From positions 376,279 to 440,278 of the forward strand of contig JBFWNW010000001.1 in assembly GCA_050250855.1 (NCBI GenBank): a DNA stretch of 64,000 nucleotides, written 5' to 3'. This DNA is from Candidatus Babeliales bacterium (lineage in GTDB: Bacteria > Babelota > Babeliae > Babelales > JACPOV01). Under the pieces are notes generated by a model. The model did no database searches, had not been told where the DNA came from, and saw nothing but the letters and a program-made list of their open reading frames with translations. Positions 48,315 to 58,295 of the stretch are shown in pieces; the stretch's first letter is position 1, and each line of letters begins with the position of its first letter. Position numbers and translations under genes: made by a program.

Positions 48315-48426
48315 GAATTTTTGTCCGATAATGCTTCGGCGTTGCTATGTAATAAAAAATTAGAGCAATTTTCTCCTTTGCGGTATACTTTCCTTATATG
48401 TTTTTTATTAATAAGGAAATATACGC

Positions 48427-49941
48427 ATGAATACCATTACCCTTTCTCATGAATCATTATTAGAAAGTAAAAAACAGGGTTGTGCATTGTTTGTAGAACA
48501 AGATGCCCTGAATACGCAAGAAATTAAAGATATAGCAAAAGCATATTTCCCCTCGTTAACAACCTATTTCAAAGCGCATGATTTTACTGGTCAAGCAGGA
48601 AAAATAGTTGCATTGCCGGTTGCTGATGGCAAAGCAGTAACTATGATTTTTTTTGTTGGGCTTGGTGCACCAAAACAAAAATCGATTGATATTGAAACAT
48701 TTCGTCGAGCATTAGGACTTTTAATAAAAACATTGCAACGACAAAAAATTGATAGTTGTTCATTGGTAACGCCAGAAGCATCATTATTTAGTGTTTCAAA
48801 AGAAACCTTAGCAAAAGAAGTTGCTATAATTTCTAATATGGCCGCGTATCATTTTGATGAATATATCACCAAAGAAGATAGAAAAGTAAATCAGAATCTT
48901 GATCTTACCTGGATTGTAAAAGCAGCTGATGCAAAAGAGTACAAAAAGGGTTTAGAGGTTGGTTCTATTATTGCAAAATCAATTAATAAAGTTCGTCATT
49001 GGATTGATTTACCACCAGTAGCATTAACACCTACCGAATTAGCAGGCAAAGCACAAAAGATTGCCAAAGAGCAGGGATTAAAAGTTACTGTTTTTAGTGA
49101 GCCTGAAATTAAAAAAATGGGAATGGGTGGTCTGGCAGGAGTTTCTGCTGGTTCTGAACAAGATTGCAAATTTGTTATTTTAGAATATAAAGCAAAAAAG
49201 AAAAATGCGCCGACTATTGCGTTAGTTGGTAAAGGAATTACGTTTGATTCTGGCGGCTTGAGTTTAAAACCAGCGCGCTACATGGAAACGATGAAAGAGG
49301 ATATGTCAGGCGCTGCGGCAGTAATTGGCACGATGGAAATTCTTGCACAGTTGCAACCTGATGTGAACGTTTTGGGGATTACACCACTTTCTGAAAATTT
49401 ACCCAGTGGTAAAGCGACAAAGCCTGGCGATATTCTCACCTTTTATAATGGTATGACGGCAGAAGTAAAAAATACGGATGCAGAAGGTCGTTTAATTTTA
49501 GCTGATGCGCTTTCATATGCGGTAAAACATTATAAACCTGATGTAATGATTGATATTGCAACATTAACGGGAGCTTGTGCGTATGCGCTTGGGCCATTCT
49601 TTACTGGCATAATGGGTAAACATCCAGAAGTTCTTCAAAAGATAAAAGATGCGGCCAAAAAATCTGGCGATTATGTTTGGGAACTTCCTTTTATTGATGA
49701 CTATAAAGTTGCTATAAAATCTCCTGTTGCCGATATGTGCAATAGTGGTAACGATAAATATATGGCCGGTGCAATTACCGCAGGATTCTTTTTGCAGAAT
49801 TTTGTAGGCGAAACGCCATGGGCGCATTTAGATATTGCTGGTACTGCATTTGATGTTCCTGATATTAGTTATTATGGCGGCAGTGGTGCAACTGGTGTAG
49901 GTGTTCGCTTATTTGTGGAATTAGTACTTAATTGGCGCTAG
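48427..49941 (+). CDS. pepA: Leucyl aminopeptidase (M17)
   Basis: VGKGITFDSGG, MKEDMSG, NTDAEGRL, ATLTGA, WAHLDIAG. Confidence 0.96.
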   Translation: MNTITLSHESLLESKKQGCALFVEQDALNTQEIKDIAKAYFPSLTTYFKAHDFTGQAGKIVALPVADGKAVTMIFFVGLGAPKQKSIDIETFRRALGLLIKTLQRQKIDSCSLVTPEASLFSVSKETLAKEVAIISNMAAYHFDEYITKEDRKVNQNLDLTWIVKAADAKEYKKGLEVGSIIAKSINKVRHWIDLPPVALTPTELAGKAQKIAKEQGLKVTVFSEPEIKKMGMGGLAGVSAGSEQDCKFVILEYKAKKKNAPTIALVGKGITFDSGGLSLKPARYMETMKEDMSGAAAVIGTMEILAQLQPDVNVLGITPLSENLPSGKATKPGDILTFYNGMTAEVKNTDAEGRLILADALSYAVKHYKPDVMIDIATLTGACAYALGPFFTGIMGKHPEVLQKIKDAAKKSGDYVWELPFIDDYKVAIKSPVADMCNSGNDKYMAGAITAGFFLQNFVGETPWAHLDIAGTAFDVPDISYYGGSGATGVGVRLFVELVLNWR

Positions 49942-50017
49942 TATTATTGACAAATATTGCAATGAATCTATAATAAGCCCACAGAGATAACCTTTTTATA
50001 GCTTAGGAGTATTTGCA

Positions 50018-50164
50018 ATGATGTTAAAGCAGCTAACATTTTTACTATTTCTTTTTTCTGCGACAACTTTTGTGTCAGCATACAATGGTGATCAAGGAGA
50101 GGTTATTGTAGTAATTGGTACTGGTAATGGTGGTGAGACTAAACAAACAAGTGTTGCGCCATAA
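50018..50164 (+). CDS. Small secreted peptide (48 aa), not in ORF track
   Basis: AGGAG at 50005-50009; MMLKQLTFLLFLFSATTFVSA|YNGDQGEVIVVIGTGNGGETKQTSVAP*. Confidence 0.6.
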   Translation: MMLKQLTFLLFLFSATTFVSAYNGDQGEVIVVIGTGNGGETKQTSVAP

Positions 50165-50215
50165 TACATAGAATTATTATCTATCGTTTTTATAAATACA
50201 TTGAGGAAAAACAAC

Positions 50216-50827
50216 ATGGTTTCATATTCTCCTAAAAAACTGTTCTTTTTTATGATTTTTTCTGCATCATGCATGCAGGGTTCAGATCAATCCTTTGATG
50301 CTTTGAAGGAAAAAACTAAGACTAAATGGCGACACATACAATCTCAAGTTTATGAGTTTGCAGATACTGTTAAAGAAAAAGCTCCTGAATTTTTCAATAC
50401 TATGAAAAACAAAGCTTTTGAGTTTAAAGATAAATATTTACCGCAGCAAGAAGCGCAACAATCTGAGTCTAGCGCTATCAAAGAATCTGTGCCAGGAGCT
50501 GCAGCGACCCCTGCTGATGTTTTACCAGCTCAAGAGACAGCAGCGGCAAAAGAAGTTGCTATGTCTGATAACGCGGTGCAAACCATTCAAGGTCTTGAGC
50601 AAAATAAAGATGTAAAAGTTGCTTGGTTTTCAAAGCGCACGGCATTGTTTTTTGGCGCAGGTGCAGTAGCCCTTATTTCAGTTGGTGCGATTGTTTATAT
50701 TCTTTATGAGGATGGTACGCTTACAAAACTCGCTGATGTAGTCAAAGAACATCCGGTCAAAACTGGTTTGGCGTGTTTAGCTACAGCACTTACTTTTTAT
50801 GCAGGATATAGTTACTGCACGAAGTAA
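50216..50827 (+). CDS. Exported/membrane hypothetical protein
   Basis: Leader plus two C-terminal hydrophobic segments; GAGG RBS. Confidence 0.7.
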   Translation: MVSYSPKKLFFFMIFSASCMQGSDQSFDALKEKTKTKWRHIQSQVYEFADTVKEKAPEFFNTMKNKAFEFKDKYLPQQEAQQSESSAIKESVPGAAATPADVLPAQETAAAKEVAMSDNAVQTIQGLEQNKDVKVAWFSKRTALFFGAGAVALISVGAIVYILYEDGTLTKLADVVKEHPVKTGLACLATALTFYAGYSYCTK

Positions 50828-50849
50828 GTAGTTTACTCGAGAATTTTTT

Positions 50850-50880
50850 AAAGAGCTCTGGTTTTTCCAGGGCTCTTTTT
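50850..50880 (+). terminator. Intrinsic terminator
   Basis: AAAGAGCTCTGG-TTTTT-CCAGGGCTCTTT followed by T-run. Confidence 0.7.
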
Positions 50881-50901
50881 TGTTTTATAGGATATTAATA
50901 A

Positions 50902-51070
50902 CCGTTCGAATGCTTCGACGAGCTCAGCACGAACGGAGTAAATATTTTACTACTGTATGACCTGCGCAGGTATTTGTGCAAAATTTGGGAATCTATCGAA
51001 GTATTAGTACGAACGGCTTTAATAGAAGTCTTTTTTCCCGTTCGCCCTGAGCCTGTCGAAGGGTGCGAAC
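50902..51070. repeat. REPIN-like doublet with internal insertion
   Basis: TGCTTCGACGAGCTCAGCACGAACGG and CCGTTCGCCCTGAGCCTGTCGAAGGGTGCGAAC arms. Confidence 0.85.
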
Positions 51071-51339
51071 GAAGTAAAGTAAATGCAAGAATCATATTAA
51101 TCACTGTCGACATGAATCTTGTCCGATAACGCTCAGCTGATAATTTAATATAAAACCAATTTTTGGCGACTCATTTTCGAGGATTGAGCAGGGCGTTGAA
51201 GTTTATTTCTAAGCTCAATCCTCTTACCTGAGTCTTAGATGAAACGAGAAGCTTTTTTAAGAAAAGTTTTTGGGGCTATAAAAAATATTGCAAACACAAA
51301 GCAGATAAGAGTAGGGTGATAGCATAAAAAAAGGAATAT

Positions 51340-51990
51340 ATGTCATATAAAATTATTATGTATCTTTTTTTAATAGTGAATATAGGAGAAGTAATGGCGG
51401 AAAAAAAGGATGTATTAAAAACATATAGAAAAAGAAGGGATTTAACAATCTCTCCAGAACCAAAGGGTACGGTTGCTAAAAAAAGATCAAAAAAACCTAT
51501 TTTTGTTATTCAAAAACATGCAGCATCACATTTGCATTACGATTTTCGTTTAGAAATTGATGGCATATTAGTTTCTTGGGCTGTGCCTAAAGGTCCATCA
51601 ATGAATCCAAAAGAAAAACGCTTGGCCATGCGTACTGATGATCATCCTATGGAATATGCAAAATTTGAAGGCATGATTCCGGAAGGCACCTACGGTGCCG
51701 GTACTGTTATGATCTGGGACTATGGAACCTATAAGAACATAAAAAAGAAAAACGATAAACTAGTTCCTATGACAACGTGTCTCAAAAACGGGCAAATCGA
51801 AATCTTTTTATATGGAAAGAAACTAAAAGGAGGCTATGCTCTCCATAGATTTAAGCCAAAAGAAGATGCGTGGCTTTTAATAAAAATGAATGATGAGTAT
51901 GCAAGTGCTCGACGCAATCCAACGAACACAGAAAATAAATCCGCACGTACCAATAGAACGATGAACGAAATTAAAAAGGAAGAATCATGA
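51340..51990 (+). CDS. Stand-alone LigD 3'-phosphoesterase domain
   Basis: YRKRRD..SPEP, FVIQKHAASHLHYDFRLE, SWAVPKGP, YGAGTVMIWD; alternative start ATG 51394 has its own AGGAG. Confidence 0.92.
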   Translation: MSYKIIMYLFLIVNIGEVMAEKKDVLKTYRKRRDLTISPEPKGTVAKKRSKKPIFVIQKHAASHLHYDFRLEIDGILVSWAVPKGPSMNPKEKRLAMRTDDHPMEYAKFEGMIPEGTYGAGTVMIWDYGTYKNIKKKNDKLVPMTTCLKNGQIEIFLYGKKLKGGYALHRFKPKEDAWLLIKMNDEYASARRNPTNTENKSARTNRTMNEIKKEES

Positions 51991-52937
51991 ACTCCTTAAA
52001 AGTAGGTCGTTATAAGGTAGCTATTACTCACCCTGAGCGTACACTTTTTCCAAAAAGTAAAATAACAAAAGAGGATTTAATTGAGTACTATAACGATATT
52101 GCTTCTTATATGGTACCGTACCTTAAAGATAGACCCTTGACTATGCACCGTTATCCCGAGGGAATTACTCAAGAAGGATTTTACCAAAAGGATATGCCGG
52201 ATTATTTCCCTGATTTTATTAAAGGAAAAACAATCCCTAAAAAAGAAGGTGGCAGCACCACCTACGTGGTCTGCAATAATGCAGCAACGCTTGTATACTT
52301 AGCAAACCAGGCGTGCATTACACCCCACGTATGGTTAAGTAAGATCGATAAACTAAAATACCCCGACATGCTTATTTTTGATATGGACCCACCATCAACA
52401 ACCAAGAAAAGTTTTAACCTTGTACGGCACGCGGCTCTTTCGCTCAAAAAAATTCTTGAAGATATTGGTTTGGTTCCTTTTGTAAAAACGACAGGATCTC
52501 GGGGCTTACATGTTGTTGTGCCCATAAAAAGAACGGCCACCTTTGATGCCGTACGTACCTGCGCACAAAAAATTGCGCAGATCTTAATTGATAATGACCC
52601 CAAACATTTTACGATGGAAATACGTAAAGAAAAAAGAGGCAATAAAGTATTTATTGATACGCTACGCAACGCGTACGCGCAAACGGCCGTTGCTCCTTAT
52701 GCGGTGCGCGCTAAAGAAAAGGCGCCCGTGGCAACCCCTATTTTTTGGGATGAAGTTGAAGATGCAACCCTTACTTCACAGCGCTATAACATAGATAATA
52801 TTTTTAACTATCTTAAAAAACATAAAGATCCTTGGAAGAATTTCTTTAAAAGTGCGCGGGATATAAAGAGTGCTTGTAAGAAATTAAAACGTTCGTATGG
52901 TTTCCAGCCTTCGTCAAGACTTCGGCGGACAGGCTAA
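51987..52937 (+). CDS. Stand-alone LigD polymerase (AEP primase-polymerase) domain
   Basis: THPERTLFP, RYPEGI..FYQK, FDMDP, KTTGSRGLHV, FIDTLRN, APYAVRA. Confidence 0.93.
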   Translation: MNSLKVGRYKVAITHPERTLFPKSKITKEDLIEYYNDIASYMVPYLKDRPLTMHRYPEGITQEGFYQKDMPDYFPDFIKGKTIPKKEGGSTTYVVCNNAATLVYLANQACITPHVWLSKIDKLKYPDMLIFDMDPPSTTKKSFNLVRHAALSLKKILEDIGLVPFVKTTGSRGLHVVVPIKRTATFDAVRTCAQKIAQILIDNDPKHFTMEIRKEKRGNKVFIDTLRNAYAQTAVAPYAVRAKEKAPVATPIFWDEVEDATLTSQRYNIDNIFNYLKKHKDPWKNFFKSARDIKSACKKLKRSYGFQPSSRLRRTG

Positions 52938-53020
52938 TCAGCTCAAATATCATTAAAATTTATAAATACCGTTATGGTTCGAGACGCAAACTAAACAAGT
53001 TTGCTCCTCACCATGAACGG
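52890..53020. repeat. REP-like elements; one supplies the last codons of the LigD-POL ORF
   Basis: CCTTCGTCAAGACTTCGGCGGACAGG; 52969-53020 is nearly identical to 55466-55518. Confidence 0.8.
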
Positions 53021-53048
53021 TATTTTAGTTGAATTTATAATGGATCCT

Positions 53049-54161
53049 TTAAAACCTCCTATTGTCAGCAACGCAGTTCATAACAAGCCCGACCATGCAA
53101 AGGCCACAAATAAGAGCAGAGTTACCATAGCTGACAAAAGGAAGCCCTATTCCTTTGGTAGGAGCAAGGCCGGTTGTTACCGCTAAATTAATAACAGCCT
53201 GCAAACTTGTTAAAATAACAAATCCCAATACAACCAATACAGAAAAAAGATCTTTAAGTTGCCAAGCAATGCGCATGCCAACATAAAGAAATACTACATA
53301 TAACGCAATAAGTAGTGTTGCGCCAATAAAACCTGTTTCTTCAGCAATAATAGAAAAAATAAAATCAGTATGCTGCATAGGTAAATAAAAGAATTTTTGT
53401 TTTGAATGAGAAACTCCGGTACCCCAAAAGCTGCCAGAACCAATAGCAATTAATGATTGTATAATTTGAAACCCGGCCCCTTGCGGATCATTCCAAGGAT
53501 TTAGAAAAATAGCAATACGTTTAAGACGATAAGGATATTTAAAAATTAATAATAGAATAACAGGAATTGCTATACCAAGTGTGCCAAAAAAAAGATACGA
53601 ACTAAAATGTATAACAAAAAAGAGCATAAATGAGGTAGAGGCGATAGTAACCGCCATGCCAAAGTCTGGCTGCGCAAGTAGTATTAAACATGGTGCTCCT
53701 ACTATTATTAAAAAAGGAAAAAAACCAGAAAAAAATGAACCAAGTTTTCCCTCTTTTTTACTCAAAAAATAGGCAAGGTATATAATAAGAAAAATTCTAA
53801 GCAGCTCGCTTGGCTGGAACGATAATCCCGGTAAAGAAAGCCAGCGGTTTGATCCATGAATGCGTAATGAAAGTCCTGGAACAAACGTAAGCATTGTTGC
53901 CACTAAGGAACTTAAAAAAAGATACGGGCTTGCATTTTTTATCAGCTCAAGAGGAACTATGCGAAAAAGTAAAAGGCCGATAAGTCCTAAGGACAAACCT
54001 ATAAGTTGCTTTTTTACAAAATAAAAGCTTGATCCTAACCTTTCAAAAGCAAAAACAGAGCTTGAGGAATAAATAAAAAGTAAGCCAATGACAATAAGAG
54101 CAGCAATGCTACTTAAAAATATATGAAGATCTGCCTGTAACTTTTTTTGACTTTGTATCAT
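53049..54161 (-). CDS. ftsW: Cell division SEDS protein FtsW
   Basis: IYSSS, RW..FQPSE, AQPDFG, GFQIIQSLIAIGSG, HTDFIFSIIAEE, PTKGIGLPFVSYG. Confidence 0.94.
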   Translation of the reverse strand: MIQSQKKLQADLHIFLSSIAALIVIGLLFIYSSSSVFAFERLGSSFYFVKKQLIGLSLGLIGLLLFRIVPLELIKNASPYLFLSSLVATMLTFVPGLSLRIHGSNRWLSLPGLSFQPSELLRIFLIIYLAYFLSKKEGKLGSFFSGFFPFLIIVGAPCLILLAQPDFGMAVTIASTSFMLFFVIHFSSYLFFGTLGIAIPVILLLIFKYPYRLKRIAIFLNPWNDPQGAGFQIIQSLIAIGSGSFWGTGVSHSKQKFFYLPMQHTDFIFSIIAEETGFIGATLLIALYVVFLYVGMRIAWQLKDLFSVLVVLGFVILTSLQAVINLAVTTGLAPTKGIGLPFVSYGNSALICGLCMVGLVMNCVADNRRF

Positions 54162-54214
54162 AAGCTCTCCCGTTTTTCTTACCTTACTCCAGGAGGCCGA
54201 GAGCTGTCAAAAGT

Positions 54215-55255
54215 TTATGGTTGGCATTGAGCAAGAATGGCATCACCCAACATGATCTTTTCCGGATTATACGGCAACCCGTACTTTTTATAAAACGCAT
54301 GAACTACTGATTCATAAAATAATGCATCGTATTCATTATCGTTCATATAGTGAGGATGACGTGAATGTTTGAGCTCTAGAATATATAGATGAGGATGGCC
54401 TGCTTTTTTAAGCTCATGATACAGATTCCAGGTGCATACGGCAGGAACTATTTTATCAATCTTTGAAGTAATAAGTAAAAGAGGTACATCATGAGGGAAC
54501 TGCTCAACAACTTTTATCGGTTGAATACCATCAAGGTTATGATTTGGATAGATACAAGAAAAAAGTTTTTGTGCCGCATACTGTGCGTATGAAGATGATG
54601 CATATGAACCCAATTTACTTTTTAGGATTGATACTGTTTGGTCAAAGCAACCTTCAAGAATAACCGCTTTAACCGTTTTTATTTCTTTTTTGAGGTATTC
54701 GGTTGCCATAAAATTAAAAATGGTTGCAGCACCACGTGAAGCACCGTAAAGAACCATGGCGTTATCATGTTTAGCTTGCGCGTCGTATGTTTGTGATAAA
54801 CAGTCAATATCAGCTTCTTGCGCTAATGAAAGCGCTTTGCGATTAATAGAAGGATTTTTTACGCATTCAGTTGAAGATGCTTTTTGAATAAAAGTGTTTT
54901 CATACGAATCTTCAAGCAGGCGGCGTATTTGTGCAATGCCCGTATAGAGCTGATTAAACATATAATGAGGACATGCAATATGCGCCCCAAAAGAGAAGCT
55001 ATTGGTTGAATCTAGATTAATTTCAGGGAAATTGATCGCCGTGGCATTACTGCCGATAACATTAATATGTTTGCCCACGTAGACACGTTGGCCCGTTGAG
55101 GCGTCATAGGAATTGCAATATTTTGCTATTTGCCGCTCAGTTGCATGAATGCCGGGAGCAAAAAGGTACGTGGTCTGTTTGCCATTCGGATGCACCCAGG
55201 TTTCTGAAAAGCAGTTAAAGCAGGAAAGAAGGAGCAATAAAAGTATATGGTACAT
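54215..55255 (-). CDS. Exported alpha/beta hydrolase
   Basis: Signal peptide; YGASRGA elbow; ITSKIDKIVP; SRH. Confidence 0.8.
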   Translation of the reverse strand: MYHILLLLLLSCFNCFSETWVHPNGKQTTYLFAPGIHATERQIAKYCNSYDASTGQRVYVGKHINVIGSNATAINFPEINLDSTNSFSFGAHIACPHYMFNQLYTGIAQIRRLLEDSYENTFIQKASSTECVKNPSINRKALSLAQEADIDCLSQTYDAQAKHDNAMVLYGASRGAATIFNFMATEYLKKEIKTVKAVILEGCFDQTVSILKSKLGSYASSSYAQYAAQKLFSCIYPNHNLDGIQPIKVVEQFPHDVPLLLITSKIDKIVPAVCTWNLYHELKKAGHPHLYILELKHSRHPHYMNDNEYDALFYESVVHAFYKKYGLPYNPEKIMLGDAILAQCQP

Positions 55256-55372
55256 AAAAACCTACTATTAATGTTATTATATACCTCTACTGTAACGCTA
55301 TTTGGCCTTATGAGCAAGAGGGTCAAGCTTTCTATATTCTGCTTAGTGTTTTTTAATATGTATTATTTAAAA

Positions 55373-55520
55373 TCCCGTTCGTGGTGAGGGTTTTTCGAAG
55401 AAAAACGTCTCGAACCATTCGAACTCAGAATTAAAATATAATTTTTTATCTTTTTTAATAGGCTCCCGTTATGGTTCGAGACGCAAACTAAAATAAGTTT
55501 GCTCCTCACCACGAACGGAA
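55373..55520. repeat. Intact REPIN-like doublet (uninterrupted relative of 6473-6686)
   Basis: TCCCGTTCGTGGTGAGG..CGTCTCGAACCAT and the inverted ATGGTTCGAGACG..CCTCACCACGAACGGAA. Confidence 0.88.
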
Positions 55521-55555
55521 TAGAGAGCTTTGAATACTTTCTTTTAGAGAGAATG

Positions 55556-57559
55556 TTACTTAACTTTACTACCTATCTCCTTACACAAATTATCAAAGGT
55601 AGTACTTGAAGGAGCCGGTACATTGAGGATATCTGCCAGGGTTGGCGTAATCTGTTGGACCCAGATTTTTTGGCATACTTCCTTCTTTTCATAGCTATCC
55701 GGTTGATACAGCATTAAGGGGACATGGGTATCATAATGATATGGCGATTTGTGGCTGGTGCCGCGCATATTTTTACCCACCAAGGTGTATGGATATACTT
55801 GAATAATCAGGTCGCCGCTGCGGCCTGGGAAATATTGATTTTGGAAATGGTTCTTGAACTGATTGTCATCGTAATAACGTTTTTGTAATTGCCGCGGCGT
55901 CCAGACTTGTTTTATGCCCGGTTGTTTTTTAAGCTCTCGTTTAAGCGTGTTAATAACTGCTTTTTGTTGTTTTGGTGGTAATGTATCAAAAACAGCATGA
56001 TTCAGATAAAAATCGGGCGTATCAATATACCGTATTATATTTTTAAGATTAAATTTTTTCTCAAGCGTGGCATTGATTTCCTTTTTTAAAATGTTTTTAT
56101 CAATGCGCTGTGCCGATGAATAACCTTTTTTTTGTACATTTTCAATTAAAGGCATACTCGCATGATCTGCTGTCAGAAGCCATACTATATTTTCAGGATC
56201 TGCTTTTGTATGCATAAATGCCATAAATTCTGCAATTTCTTTATCAAGGTGATATAAAATATCTATATATTCTATGCTTTGTGCTGTAAAATGGTGCCCA
56301 ATTTTATCGGGCGTACTGACGCTCAAAAACATAACAAAAAGATTGTCATCAGGGTTATACTCATTATCAATACACGTTTTGGCAAGTTCAAAAAGTAATG
56401 CTTGTGCGTGCGGCGTTTTTAAATAGTTTTTAGGAGCAACTACGGTTTGGTGTAAAGCTGGTTGTCTGCTGAATGCATATACGTCATGAGCTGCATCATA
56501 CGCTACATCTGATTTATCATAGGCAAGATGCCAGAAATTTTTTTCTGGCGCTTGATGATTTTTATTAAACTCTTTGAGCCAAGCAGGCAACGTGTCAAAA
56601 TAGGCTTTGCTTGAACTGAATTGCATTGCTTTTTCATCAAACCAAACAGCTTTTCCTGCTTTGCCAGCGCACAGTGCCGCTGCACGATCTTTATGCGAAA
56701 AACAAAATACTTTATTTTTCTTGTTTGCTGTTGCTTGCAGCATTATTTGATCTGCAAGCGTATCAACCATAAGATAGTGTGATGAAACACCAAATGTATA
56801 AACACCATCAGGAGAAAAAACGGCTGAGCATGGGTTATTATCTTGAGCTGCATTAATTTCATTGCCATTATAATCGATCCAACCATTATCAACAATGCCG
56901 TGATTGCGTGCATGTGTTCCTGTTGCAAGGCCGGCATGATTGGTTGCTGTTGCTGGCATTGACGAAGGCCAGTAAGCATTATTAAAGATAATGGCATTAT
57001 CAAAAAATGTTTTAAAGCCGCCCGTAAAGTATGGTTTTAAGTTGTGTAATGTTTGTTGCCCGAGTTGATCAATGACTAAAATAATGGCAACCTTGGGTGT
57101 AGTTTTTTTAGTATAATGATGAGTCCCATAAGTATCGGTAAGATTTGCATGCTCTAAATTAGCATATTCAAAATTTGTGTTTTTAAGATTTGCTCTTTCA
57201 AAAATAGCATATTTTAACGAGGCTCCCTTGAAATTCGCATGTTCCAGAGAAGCTAATAAGAAATTAGCTCCTTCTAAATTTGAACATTCAAAATTTGCAG
57301 AGGCTAGATTAGTATTGCCAAAGTTTGCATTTTTCAGATTGCTATAAGAAAAGTTTGTTCCCTCTAAATTTGAGCTTTCAAGAAGGATAGGGATATTTTT
57401 TTTCTGTAATTCGTTTACAACGCTTCTTAAATCACAAAAACTTAGATCGCCAGCAATGCATTCTCCGGTTTTTTTAAATATTTCTAAATGATCAGAATTA
57501 TAGGCTATTATTAAATTACAGGAGAAGAAAAAAAATAAAAAAAACTTTATTTTATTCAT
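55556..57559 (-). CDS. Exported pentapeptide-repeat / alkaline-phosphatase-superfamily (PafA-like) fusion
   Basis: A(N/S)(L/F)xx repeats at aa ~60-145; VIDQL, TATNH, KDRAA, DKIGH, TADH, SHKSPYHYDTHVPL. Confidence 0.85.
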   Translation of the reverse strand: MNKIKFFLFFFFSCNLIIAYNSDHLEIFKKTGECIAGDLSFCDLRSVVNELQKKNIPILLESSNLEGTNFSYSNLKNANFGNTNLASANFECSNLEGANFLLASLEHANFKGASLKYAIFERANLKNTNFEYANLEHANLTDTYGTHHYTKKTTPKVAIILVIDQLGQQTLHNLKPYFTGGFKTFFDNAIIFNNAYWPSSMPATATNHAGLATGTHARNHGIVDNGWIDYNGNEINAAQDNNPCSAVFSPDGVYTFGVSSHYLMVDTLADQIMLQATANKKNKVFCFSHKDRAAALCAGKAGKAVWFDEKAMQFSSSKAYFDTLPAWLKEFNKNHQAPEKNFWHLAYDKSDVAYDAAHDVYAFSRQPALHQTVVAPKNYLKTPHAQALLFELAKTCIDNEYNPDDNLFVMFLSVSTPDKIGHHFTAQSIEYIDILYHLDKEIAEFMAFMHTKADPENIVWLLTADHASMPLIENVQKKGYSSAQRIDKNILKKEINATLEKKFNLKNIIRYIDTPDFYLNHAVFDTLPPKQQKAVINTLKRELKKQPGIKQVWTPRQLQKRYYDDNQFKNHFQNQYFPGRSGDLIIQVYPYTLVGKNMRGTSHKSPYHYDTHVPLMLYQPDSYEKKEVCQKIWVQQITPTLADILNVPAPSSTTFDNLCKEIGSKVK

Positions 57560-57646
57560 ATGGATCCTTTTTAATGGTTTGTAATTTGTTATACTTTAGC
57601 AACAAGATACCTTGTAAATAAAGATAAAAGTGAAAGGAAGTTTCTT

Positions 57647-58285
57647 ATGATTAAAAAAATTATATTCAGCACGCTGGTGTTTACTACTATGAATGCGATG
57701 GATGAGAATTCTTTGTTTATGCAATCGTATAAAAAAACTCTTGCCGCTATAAATGCCTATCAGAAGGTAGAGCCTAATCAGATGAATTTTCTGTATGCTA
57801 TGAAGGAAGATACTAAAAAAATCGTACTTAAAGATTTTTTATCCTGTGCTGAGCTTAAAAACGCAAGGGCTCAAACATTTACTCTGGCTCAATATATACA
57901 TCTTAAAGAGGCGGCAAGAGGTAATGCTTTGTTTAACGCTCAGACTACAGTTATACTGGCCGGGCTTTATTCTTATTGGTCTATTTTCGATATCAATTGG
58001 GATTTGAATTATGATTGTTTTATGGACGAAAGATACCATTGGCATCGTAGGTGGAAGGTAAGTCAAAGATCCACAGATGAGAAAATAGAATTTTTCAGAG
58101 ATAAAGTATTATGGTGGGGAGGTATTTTAGCTTTAGCTGTAATTTTTCGAAAACATTGTCGTTCTGAGTATCTTCTAAATACAGAAAAAGTAAATAATGC
58201 TCTTTCTCATGTTATGAGCAAAAAAGAAGCTGCTAAATATAACGAAACGTTGATGCGTAATATGGTTGATCGAGAAAAGTTATAA
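57647..58285 (+). CDS. Exported/membrane paralog A
   Basis: Leader MIKKIIFSTLVFTTMNA; N- and C-termini shared with the next gene. Confidence 0.75.
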   Translation: MIKKIIFSTLVFTTMNAMDENSLFMQSYKKTLAAINAYQKVEPNQMNFLYAMKEDTKKIVLKDFLSCAELKNARAQTFTLAQYIHLKEAARGNALFNAQTTVILAGLYSYWSIFDINWDLNYDCFMDERYHWHRRWKVSQRSTDEKIEFFRDKVLWWGGILALAVIFRKHCRSEYLLNTEKVNNALSHVMSKKEAAKYNETLMRNMVDREKL

Positions 58286-58295
58286 GGAGGTTTCT

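Noticed and set aside
50895..51113. 72-aa ORF containing HPSTGSGRTG
   Set aside because: Typical spurious translation of the palindromic repeat
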